Source of the DNA: Euglena gracilis
Taxonomy: Eukaryota
Length of the DNA: 64,000 bases
Assembly (NCBI GenBank): GCA_039621445.1
Contig: CP154954.1
Coordinates: 35,759,703-35,823,702, forward strand
Direction of reading: 5' to 3'
Part shown: in pieces, positions 38,071 to 49,207 of the stretch
Numbering within the stretch: position 1 is the first letter of the stretch
Layout of the letters: each line of letters begins with the position of its first letter
Program-made: the position numbers and the translations under genes
The notes under the pieces: model-generated
Seen by the model: only the letters and a program-made list of their open reading frames with translations
Databases searched by the model: none
What the model was told of the DNA's origin: nothing

Positions 38071-41000
38071 ATGCAGAGCTCAAGCACCAACACACTCATT
38101 GATGACCAAGAATTGATTGGTTCTTTGAGAAGCACTTCACATGAATTGTCACAAGAGGCGTATACGCTCCAATCAAGGTATACACCCAGCTCTATTGAGC
38201 ATCCCCCCACCCCATTGGTTTCCAGCTCTATTGAGCATCCCCCCACCCCAGTGGTTTCCAGCTCTATTGAGCACCACCCCACCCCAGTTTTCAGCTCTAT
38301 TGAGCATCCCCTTACCGTAATTTTCAGCTCTACCGAGCACACCCCCACCCCGTTTTACAGCTCTATCGAGCAACCCCCCACCCAATGGGTGCCACACCTA
38401 ACGGTGTCCAGCTCTATCGAGCATCCCCCCACATTGGCCAGCTCTATCGAGCAATTACCTCCAACCCCCAGCTCTATAGAGCATTCCCCCACCGTTCCCA
38501 GCTCTATAGAGCATTCCAACACCCAAAGGGTGCAACACCTAACGGTATCAAGCTCCATCGAGCATTTCCCGACGCAGGAGTTTCCACACCTAATTGATTT
38601 AGGCGATAACCCCGCAGCGCAATGGGTGCAACGCCCATCGGCGTGTGGCTCTATCGAGCAACCCATCGCCCAGTGTGATTATCAGCCTTTGCTGCAAAGT
38701 CAGGCATCTTGTTGTAATTCTCTGAATCAAGATGTCGCAACGGTGCCTACAGGCACATTTGGCAAACAACCCACTGATGTGGTTTACCGCATGCTGCCAA
38801 AGGAGGCATTTTTGCACATGCAACATAGTTTGCAAAAGTTGATTACAAAAGTGGAGCCAATAACGGCACTTTTTGAGCACAAAAATCCTCATATGGGAGC
38901 TTTTGTCACGTTGGAGCAGTTCACTGCATTCCAGGAAGCGCAACAGCGCATTATGCAACAGAGCCGTGAATCGGCAAGTTTTCACCATATGCACACCCAA
39001 CGTGGTGAAGGTTTCGCTTCCAGCACTTATGCGCAGCAATTGGAGGAAAGACTTTCCCGGTTGGAGCGAAAGTCATGTAGGTGTGGTGAAAATTCTGCTG
39101 AAATAACAAGTTTTTACTCCCATATTGCGAATATCGCAAGCAGACAGGATGCGTACCACCAACGGTGGCAGAACAATATTGTTGACATCCAGACCACAAT
39201 TGCGGAGTTGCAGAACCGCACTGCGGTACCATGTTCACATAATTTAGAATTTCAGCGACTTTCTGCAGATATGTGTGATGAAAATCACCAAGTCAGAAAA
39301 GAAAATTGTGACAGTCCGATACGGACCGAGGAAACAGTGAATCAGCAAGTCAAAAACTTGCAAAAAGATTTCTCAGCGCTATCCGCGCAAGTTTCGGTGT
39401 TTTTGGAACAGCCAATGGCTGAAAACGTGCGGAATCCGCAAAATACCCCTCCTTCCAAACCACCTCCACAACTGGAGTCTATTTCCGCAGCGGTGCACAC
39501 TCTAGCTGTGCGACTACGGGAATTGGAAAGTGGTTTTGGAAAACTTTCGCAAGATTTCCGGTCTTTTTCTGACAAAATCCCTCTTCTGGTGTGTGCGGCA
39601 GACGGGAGATCCTACGGAGGTAGGTCGCCGGCGCGTAGTACCAAGCCGAGTATCGCTCGAGTAGCTTATTCGGTAAGGTGCTGGGCTCACACGCGGGAGG
39701 TCGTGGGTTCGAGACCCAGGTCTCGAACCCACGAGGACGATATGTCCAAACACCGCAGGCGTATTAAGCGTTTGCAGGAAGATATTGGTGCAATCACCGA
39801 TCATCTGAAAATTCTCGATGACTTGGAGAAAAATTTTCGTGACTATACAGAAAATTTGGATCAAGTACACGCACAATTGCGTTTTTTACAACAAAAACCC
39901 GATATGGGTGTTGTAGGCACACTTGCCGCAGATTCCAGCTCCAAAAGCGCTAATAGCGCACCTGTGGCAGAGCCCATTGGCATGTTGCCTCAAAAATACG
40001 ATACTGCTCATGCAGTGGTCCCTCCCCCAGCGGTACCAGTCCCAATGGACCATTTTTTGGATGATTCGGTTGGTTTTCAAGAGAAAGCCAAGCGAAACCC
40101 TCAAAGAAATCGAAAAATTTGGGAATATGAACTTTGTCGCGGTATGAGCCGCACTCCCGCACATGGTATTGATCCTGAGATGCATCAGCACCACCATTCA
40201 CGCATTCGCGATTCACCAAGTTTGCAAGGTACCTATGGGACACCAAGTGGAATATTGAGTGCGCATTCGCAAAATACACCCAAAAGTACACTTGGTGCAA
40301 CCACCGAGGTACCCGCGCATGGTGCGGTTTTGCGCCCAGGCCCAACCTCCTTGAATACCACCGAAGGGCCATGGGAGTCTCAGAAAGATATCAAAGGAAT
40401 TATCGCTATCGCGAAAAAGGTGAAGCCCCAATGGGACGGTGACCCCACAACATGGAAACAGTTTTTCCGTGACTGGGAGTACTACTGGGATCTGAAAGGA
40501 TCAACCCAAGACGGAAACCCAGAAGTAATCAAAATGGAATTCATAGACTGTTTACCAAAAGACGAAAAGGAACGCGCCAGACAATTGGTCATACGCGGGC
40601 GCATTTCTTTTCAGAATTTGGTAGAGCAATATGCTTCTTCATGTTCCAGTTTGGTTTCCAGAATCACTCTCGAGAAAAAATGGCGGCAATATGCCCCCCA
40701 TGACCGAAAATGGAGGTCGATAGACCTATGGTACTCAAAATGGCTCGCATTGGCAGCCGAAGTAGACGAGTTAGGTGAAACCCAAATGAAAGAGCAATTT
40801 GACGCAGTATTGCTGCACTTTATACCCAAACTCATCAAAGAAATTCACCGCGAGGAACTCGCAGGACATATTTTGACGCTCGATGAGCGATGGAACTATG
40901 TTTCCAAACAATTGAAGCTATCACAGCTTCTCGGACAAATCCAGTTGGCTTATACGAGCCACCCCACAGCAGGAATCCCCGCTATCCAAGTCAGTTCTTT

Positions 41001-41543
41001 GAAAAAAGTGTCACGCTTATCACACACCGCTATGGCGGAATCCAAATTGCGCGATTCGCGCTCTTCAGATGATTTTTGGACAAACTGTGCTTTTTGTGTA
41101 ACAAAAAGGGTCATATATCTTGCCGTTGTCCACATCCCGCAGCGCGAAAGCGCAACACAAGTCCAAGAGGATCAGCCTCATCATGCAGTTCTCGTTTTTC
41201 AAAAAATGCGCATTCGCAAAATTCAAAATTTCGATCACGATCCACATGTTCACTGTGCGGATCAACCAACCACCCCTCACCCAAATGTCGCTATGCGACT
41301 CCTCCCCACCCAAGCCATCGCGATATGACTCGCAGTTCAAAAGATCATACTTCAGTTAAGAGGCATAAGGTAGGTCAACGAACAACCTCTATTGAGGATT
41401 ATCACCCGGCTTCGGGCAGGGAGGGGGATGATACCCCACGTAATAAAAGGGATCATCCCTACTTTAGCGCTCATAAATTCAGAGACGTATATGCGTCAAG
41501 AAAGTCAATGGCTGATAGGGCCACCGGTTCGGATTTTGAGTGA
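38071..41543 (+). CDS. gag: Long Gag-like protein (about 1150 aa; one frameshift near 41090) with N-terminal repeats, coiled coils, capsid-like domain and two zinc knuckles
   Basis: KPQWDGDPTTWKQFFRDWEYYW...MEFIDCLP; knuckles C(AF)LCNKKGHISCRC and CSLCGSTNHPSPKC; T5 here versus T6 in copy B explains the frameshift. Confidence 0.8.
38185..38665 (+). repeat. Coding minisatellite, about 13 degenerate copies of SSIEHPPT (cagctctatYgagca core)
   Basis: Directly visible in DNA and in the translation. Confidence 0.85.
39589..39735 (+). other. 147-bp in-frame insertion in gag A, GT...AG-bounded, containing a tRNA-like segment and a perfect 16-bp hairpin
   Basis: Absent from gag B (IPLL|DD versus IPHL|DD); A-box-like TAGCTTATTCGG, B-box-like GGTTCGAGACC; inverted arms 39701-39716 and 39719-39734. 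Confidence 0.75.
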
Positions 41544-42534
41544 AGACACCCGAAACCCAGGGATGTGGACTACAGAGGCTACTAGAAAGGAGGTGACAGG
41601 AGTCATGACCCTAGTCATCCCCTGCCCAGTATCCTTTCTGGTCATCGTTCCAGGATTTTCCGGTGTCCCCGCTCAAAACTCTGCCAAATTTTTGACATAT
41701 AGACCGTTTTGTGTTTCCGGTTGTGGTTTATCATGGGATAGCCCATGAATGTCCATGTGGTTGAGTGGATTCCCGCTCCAAGAATGCACACGACACCGCA
41801 AAATTCTTCCCCCCCTCAAACTTCCACTAATCATCACTTTTACATACCGTTTTCGATGACAGCAACACCGTTTTCAACAACACCAACACCGTTTTCAACC
41901 GGGTAAAGAGAAAGTGCCCCCCCTGCCCACCGCATATCCACAAACGTTCCACATGCGGTAGGGGTAACAAGTAGCTTAACCCCCATTCGTTCCACTGGGT
42001 TCCAAGACGAAAGCCCTAAGGCCTGAAGTTTAAACGGTGTCGAGTAGTCGCCCAGCTGCTACCAACTTTTCGTTTTCCACCAGGTTTGTTGATTGCAGAC
42101 AATCATGTACACCCCCAGCAGCTCCAAAATTCGCATGCTCAAATTTTTACTACACACTCACCCCCGCAGACCGACATGCGCGACCAGGACAACTACTCCG
42201 CACCTTCCCCCCATGGTGTGCACTCTGGGAGAACTTTCCACACAATCACCAACCAAACACAAAGGTGAATATATACATCAAAACTAATCCCCCCACACTC
42301 TATCTCCAACGGAGAGCTCTATTCATTGACTGATTTTTGTCAAGTGCAAGAGAAATTCAGCACTATGTGCACATTCCCCCCCGAAGCGCATAGCGCACAT
42401 CAATGCATGCGCTTTCCCCCCTCGCATTCCCCCCCAAGCGCTAATTGCGCACACCGCGCGTCGCGCGAATCCTGCGCATATCGCGCTTCCAAGCCCACCC
42501 CCCCCACGCATGTTTTGCAGTGAGGCAACTGCCC

Positions 42535-45500
42535 GACACTTTGGTCAAAGTGGCCTTGGCCAGGGACACTTTGGTCGAAGTGGCCTTCGCCAGGGACACT
42601 TTGGTCAAAGTGGCCTTCGCCAGGGACACTTTGGTCAAAGTGGCCTTGGCCAGGGACACTTCGGTCAAAGTGGCCTTCGCCAGGGACACTTTGGTCAAAG
42701 TGGCCTTCGCCAGGGACACTTTGGTCAAAGTGGCCTTGGCCAGGGACACTTTGGTCAAAGTGGCCTTCGCCAGGGACACTTTGGTCAAAAGTGGCCTTCG
42801 CCAGGGACACTTTGGTCAAAGTGGCCTTGGCCAGGGACACTTTGGTCAAAGTGGCCTTGGCCAGGGACACTTTGGTCAAAGTGGCCTTCGCCAGGGACAC
42901 TTTGGTCAAAGTGGCCTTCGCCAGGGACACTTTGGTCAAAGTGGCCTTGGCCAGGGACACTTTGGTCAAAGTGGCCTTGGCCAGGGACACTTTGGTCAAA
43001 GTGGCCTTGGCCAGGGACACTTTGGTCAAAGTGGCCTTGGCCAGGGACACTTTGGTCAAAGTGGCCTTGGCCAGGGACACTTTAGGCAAGGTGGCCTTGG
43101 CCAGAGACACTTTGGTCAAAGTGACCTTGGCCAGGGACACTTTGGTCAACGTGGCCTTGGCCAGGAACACTTTGGTCAAAGTGGCCTTGGCCAGGGACAC
43201 TTTGGTCAAAGTGGCCTTGGCCAGGGACACTTTGGTCAAAGTGGCCTTGGCCAGGGACACTTTGGTCAACGTGGCCTTGGCCAGGAACACTTTGGTCAAA
43301 GTGGCCTTGGCCAGGGACACTTTGGTCAAAGTGGCCTTGGCCAGGGACACTTTGGTCAAAGTGGCCTTGGCCAGGGACACTTTGGTCAAAGTGGCCTTGG
43401 CCAGGGACACTTTGGTCAAAGTGGCCTTGGCCAGGGGCACTTAAGGTCAAAGTGGCCTTGGCCAGGGACACTTAAGGTCAAAGTGGCCTTGGCCAGGGAC
43501 ACTTTGGTCAAATTGGCCTTGGCCAGGGACACTTTGGTCAAAGTGGCCTTGGCCAGGGACACTTTCGTCAAAGTGGCCTTGGCCAGGGACCCTTTGGTCA
43601 AAGTGGCCTTGGCCAGGGACACTTTGGTCAAAGTGGCCTTCGCCAGGGACACTTTGGTCAAAGTGGCCTTCGCCAGGGACACTTTGGTCAAAGTGGCCTT
43701 GGCCAGGGACACTTTGGTCAAAGTGGCCTTGGCCAGGGACACTTTGGTCAAAGTGGCCTTCGCCAGGGACACTTTGGTCAAAGTGGCCTTGGCCAGGGAC
43801 ACTTTGGTCAAAGTGGCCCTCGCCAGGGACACTTTGGTCAAAGTGGCCTTGGCCAGGGACCCTTTGGTCAAAGTGACCTTGGCCAGTGACACTTTGGTCA
43901 AAGTGGCCTTCGCCAGGGACACTTTGGTCAAAAGTGGCCTTCGCCAGGGACACTTTGGTCAAAGTGGCCTTGGCCAGGGACACTTTGGTCAAAGTGGCCT
44001 TGGCCAGGGACACTTTGGTCAAAGTGGCCTTCGCCAGGGACACTTTGGTCAAAGTGGCCTTCGCCAGGGACACTTTGGTCAAAGTGGCCTTGGCCAGGGA
44101 CACTTTGGTCAATGTGGCCTTGGCCAGGGACACTTTGGTCAAAGTGGCCTTTGCCAGGGACACTTTTGTTCAAAGTGGCCTTTGCCAGGGACATTTTGGT
44201 CAAAGTTGCCTTGGCCAGGGACACTTTGGCCAAAGTGGCCTTCGCCAGGGACACTTTGGTCAAAGTGGCCTTGGCCAGGGACACTTTGGTCAAAAGTGGC
44301 CTTCGCCAGGGACACTTTGGTCAAAGTGGCCTTGGCCAGGGACACTTTGGTCAAAGTGGCCTTGGCCAAGGACACTTTTGTCAAAGTGGCCTTGGCCAGG
44401 GACACTTTGGTTAAAGTGGCCTTGGCCAGGGACACTTTGGTCAAAGTGTCCTTGTACAGGGACACTTTGGTCAAAGTGGCCTTGGCCAGGGACACTTTGG
44501 TCAAAGTGGCCTTGGCCAGGGACACTTTGGTCAAAGTGGCCTTCGCCAGGGACACTTTGGTCAAAGTGGCCTTCGCCAGGGACCCTTTGGTCAAAGTGGC
44601 CTTGGCCAGGGACACTTTGGTCAAAGTGGCCTTGGCCAGGGACACTTTGGTCAAAGTGGCCTTCGCCAGGGACACTTTGGTCAATGTGGCCTTCGCCAGG
44701 GACACTTTGGTCAAAGTGGCCTTGGCCAGGGACACTTTGGTCAAAGTGGCCTTCGCCAGGGACACTTTGGTCAAAGTGGCCTTCGCCAGGGACACTTTGG
44801 TCAAAGTGGCCTTGGCCAGGGACACTTTGGTCAAAGTGGCCTTCGCCAGGGACACTTTGGTCAAAGTGGCCTTGGCCAGGGACACTTTGGTCAAAGTGGC
44901 CTTGGCCAGGGACACTTTGGTCAAAGTGGCCTTCGCCAGGGACAGTTTGGTCAAAGTGGCCTTCGCCAGGGACACTTTGGTCAAAGTGGCCTTGGCCAGG
45001 GACACTTTGGTCAAAGTGGCCTTGGCCAGGGACACTTTGGTCAAAGTGGCCTTTGCCAGGGACACTTTGGTCAAAGTGGCCTTGGCCAGGGACACTTTGG
45101 TCAAAGTGGCCTTGGCCAGGGACAGTTTGGTCAAAGTGGCCTTGGCCAGGGACACTTTGGTCAAAGTGGCCTTGGCCAGGGACACTTTGGTCAAAGTGGC
45201 CTTGGCCAGGGACACTTTGGTCAAAGTGGCCTTGGCCAGGGACACTTTGGTCAAAGTGGCCTGGGCCAGGGACACTTTAGGCAAGGTGGCCTTGGCCAGG
45301 GACACTTTGGTCAAAGTGGCCTTGGCCTGGGACACTTTGGTCAACGTGGCCTTGGCCAGGAACACTTTGGTCAAAGTGGCCTTGGCCAGGGACACTTTGG
45401 TCAAAGTGGCCTTGGCCAGGGACACTTCGGTCAAAGTGGCCTTGGCCAGGGACACTTTGGTCAACGTGGCCTTGGCCAGGAACACTTTGGTCAAAGTGGC

Positions 45501-46290
45501 CTTGGCCAGGGACACTTTGGTCAAAGTGGCCTTCGCCAGGGACACTTTGGTCAAAGTGGCCTTGGCCAGGGACACTTTGGTCAAAGTGGCCTTGGCCAGG
45601 GACACTTTGGTCAAAGTGGCCTTGGCCAGGGACACTTAAGGTCAAAGTGGCCTTGGCCAGGGACACTTAAGGTCAAAGTGGCCTTCGCCAGGGACACTTT
45701 GGTCAAAGTGGCCTTGGCCAGGGACACTTTGGTCAAATTGGCCTTCGCCAGGGACACTTTGGTCAAAGTGGCCTTGGCCAGGGACCCTTTGGTCAAAGTG
45801 GCGGTGGCCAGGGACACTTTGGTCAAAGTGGCCTTCGCCAGGGACACTTTGGTCAAAGTGGCCTTCGCCAGGGACACTTTGGTCAAAGTGGCCTTGGCCA
45901 GGGACACTTTGGTCAAAGTGGCCTTGGCCAGGGACACTTTGGTCAAAGTGGCCTTCGCCAGGGACACTTTGGTCAAAGTGGCCTTGGCCAGGGACACTTT
46001 GGTCAAAGTGGCCTTCGCCAGGGACACTTTGGTCAAAGTGGCCTTGGCCAGGGACCCTTTGGTCAAAGTGACCTTGGCCAGGGACACTTTGGTCAAAGTG
46101 GCCTTCGCCAGGGACACTTTGGTCAAAGTGGCCTTCGCCAGGGACACTTTGGTCAAAGTGGCCTTGGCCAGGGACACTTTGGTCAAAGTGGCCTTGGCCA
46201 GGGACACTTTGGTAAAAGTGGCCTTCGCCAGGGACACTTTGGTCAAAGTGGCCTTCGCCAGGGACACTTTGGTCAAAGTGGCCTTGGCCA
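42535..46290. repeat. 30-bp minisatellite GACACTTTGGTCAAAGTGGCCTTSGCCAGG, about 125 copies
   Basis: Near-perfect tandem array with occasional 31-bp units. Confidence 0.99.
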
Positions 46291-46572
46291 GCCCAGGTTA
46301 CCATGTAAAAATGGAACAAATTGGGCCTTACTCCGAGTAACCGAATGGGTGTTCCAGGAGGCCTCCAAAGTCAGGGGACCCGTTGGTTTCATGATTGTCG
46401 TGGTTTAATGGTAAGAAAAACATGCAGCGGGAATGTTGGTTGCAAGAAATCATCACATTTAGATGGGTGCATTCGACCATTCCGGGGGACATTTACCAGG
46501 TCAGCCCAGGTTACCATGTAAAAATGGACCAAATTGGGCCTTACTCCGAGTAACCGAATGGGTGTTCCAGGA
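46288..46572 (+). repeat. 213-bp satellite remnant (about 1.3 monomers)
   Basis: Same monomer sequence, joined to the 30-mer array through a shared CAG. Confidence 0.95.
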
Positions 46573-49207
46573 CTACCCTTCATCCCCAAGCACCACTCAC
46601 CCCCCCCCAACCGCAAAATTTTCCGGATACCTGGGGATACGAATCCGGAATCCATGGTTCTGACGTAATCCTGGGATACCCCTTTTTACGTCAGCACCGG
46701 CTGGTAGTGGATTGCCACTCCCACGGTTTGCGCACATCACCGTTCTCCTCTTTGCCCCCCAAACCTTCATCACCTGTGGCGTCAACCGCGATAGCCACCA
46801 ATTTTTCCACACCGTATTCGAAAACTTTTACCCCGTTACCAACCACACCAACCAACTTTTTCCACACCGGGTGTACCGAGAAAGTTCACCCCCTGCCCAT
46901 TGACACGCCAACTTCCGTTCCCCGTGAGGCAGGGCAAGCGAGTAGCGGTACCCCCCTCGTTCCACTGGGTTACAAGACGAAAGCCCAAAGGCCTGAAGTT
47001 ATAACGGTGTCGAGTAGTCGCCCAGCTGCACTAATACCCCGTTTTCCACCAGATGTATCGCTTTCAGATACATCTGTACACCCCCCAGCAGCTTCAAAAG
47101 CGCATCCCAACTTTTACACACGCCCTCACCAGACCAACGTGCGCGACCAGGACCACTACTCCGACACTTCCTTCCAATGTGTGCACTGTAGGAGAATTTC
47201 CGCCCATCCAGATTTCGATTGTGGATGTCTAGTCCAAACACCAACACTAATCCTGATTTCGCGTAACCATACACTTGGTTGCGGATCGCAATGCGCGACC
47301 GTACATCAAGTGCTCCAACAACGAGGTATTGCCTTGTTGTTTGGGCCCGCGAAATCCGTGTCACATACCTCCCCCACCTCCATCTGGCATGATATGGACT
47401 GGGTATGCACCCATCCAACCCATCAACCCTTGGGAATGCCCCTTGGTAGTGTGGATGACACACCCTTGACCTATGTTTGCGGATCCCTGAATTGTGTTAC
47501 CGCTCTTCAGCCCGCGAACCAGGTCGACACCTACGCGATGCGCGTATGGAACGCATTTAATTTTGGTCAATACCGTATTTTGGAGGAATGGTTCTCCAAA
47601 ATCGCGGCTTTGGCTGATTCCTTCGATTTGTCGTTGGAAATTGATGCGTTCTCATCAAAAGCGCATGCGCGCTTGTCGCGATATTGGTCGCGACATACCA
47701 ACACATTTCTTAAATTCTGGGGTGATACGGTGCTATGGATGCACCCTCCCCCAAAACTTATCCCGGATGTGGTGGAGAAAATCCTCCGCGATGAAGCGCG
47801 AGGAGCACTCCTCATACCCGTCAATCCGAATGCGGATTGGTTTCATCAACTATCCTACGTGTGTTTTCATTGGTGGGATTTACCCGCTGATGTACCACTA
47901 TTCGAGGATTTTTGTGGTATATTATTACCACCTGTTAAAGAAATCATTTTTCGCGTTTGTTTCTTTGACGCATTCGGAATATCCGATGTGCGTGTGCCAA
48001 GATACCTTGGTACCAATGGGGATGCCACACCCTCAACGCAGATTTCTGCGGTCATTGAGAGTTCGGACCAACATCCCAAGTCCGCTGACTATTGTTCGCG
48101 AATTACTCGCGAATTTCATGGTGTACTGGATAATCCAGTTTACGCCTGCGACATCGACCCCGCGATTCGCGGTCCGTTCGGTGTTTGCAAAATCGAGCTC
48201 AAGGAGGGCGCTAAACCCATGCACCGGAAATTCTTCCGTTGCTCGGGTGAACGCGAACAGGCTCTCAACGAGATGATTGAGAAGCTCATCCAGCGGAAGT
48301 GGATTATCCCTTCCAAGGGCGAGTGGACATCACAAGCTCTTGTGGTGCCCAAACCCGCTGACCAGTCTGGTCAGAAGAAGTGGAGACTGGTGCTGGATTA
48401 CCGGTACCTGAACTCCCAAACGAAGGATGACCCCTTCCCGTTACCGCTGATCGAGGATTTGATCACCAAACAATCGGATAACAGATTGTGGTCAATCTTT
48501 GATCTGGAAGACGGTTTCCATCAGATGCATTTGAATCCTGATTCACAACCGTACACGGCATTCGTGACATCCAAGGGTGTGTACCAACGGACGGTACTCC
48601 CCATGGGTGTTAAGAATGGCCCAGCCATGTTTCAACGCATGATCCAGTGGGTTTTGCGCGATTTACCGTTTGCTCTGGTGTACATCGATGATGTACTGGT
48701 GGGAACCAAACCGCCATCCGCGAAATCGGGCGGGGATATCCTCGACCCGCATTATCGCGATGTGCGCGCGGTATTATCCGCGTTCCAAAAGCATGTGCTT
48801 TTTGTGAAGGGTTCCAAAATGCACCGGTTTCGCAAAATTATTAAGTTTTGCGGACACATCCTGAGCAACGGGCAGCGTAAAGCCGCACCCAGTAAGATGG
48901 AGGCCATTAAGAAATGGACTCCTGAGGTCATTAAGACCTTAACGCATTTAAAGGGATTTTTGGGATTAGCCCAATACTACGCGATTTACATGAAAGATTT
49001 CGCGAAAATCGCGGTACCCCTAACCCGACAACTCAAAAATCGGACACCCGATAACGCAAGAGTCATTTGGGATGACCCAATGCGCGAGGCCTTGAAAAAA
49101 ATCAAGGACTTGCTCCTCGAGAACGTGGTTCTCGATATCGCGGATCCATACAAACCGTATGTCCTGGAAGTCGACAGCAGCGATTACGCTGTTGGCGGGG
49201 TTCTTAG
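46573..49207 (+). mobile_element. pol: Family 2 Gypsy internal fragment C: Dam-like domain, RT and truncated RNase H (ORF 46707-49373 runs into the satellite)
   Basis: IDAFSS...RYWS...FWGDTVLWMHPPPKLIPDVVEKILRDEARGALLIP; KWRLVLDYRYLN, FPLPLIED, FDLEDGFHQ, LPMGVKNGPAMFQ, YIDD, FCGHIL, VLEVDSSDYAVGGVLS. Confidence 0.92.

Larger units (their letters stand above)
37401..42330 (+). mobile_element. Family 2 LTR retrotransposon, copy A (5' LTR, PBS, long gag, degenerate start of pol), 3'-truncated
   Basis: Starts TGTGTACCAGGC at the satellite edge; 41910-42250 is homologous to the start of the RT-containing ORF at 46880-47200. Right boundary approximate. Confidence 0.85.

Noticed and set aside
39655-39735. 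Functional tRNA gene
   Set aside because: Anticodon and acceptor stems do not pair properly and the 3' end is replaced by a foldback; kept only as tRNA-derived sequence.
42535-46290. CRISPR array (30-bp palindromic repeat)
   Set aside because: No unique spacers, no cas genes, eukaryotic retrotransposon context.
42400-46340. Long repetitive ORFs (ARDTLVKVAL, GQGHFGQSGL; up to 1064 aa)
   Set aside because: The 30-bp unit has no stop in most frames and 31-bp units shift frame without constraint, so this is not evidence of a protein.
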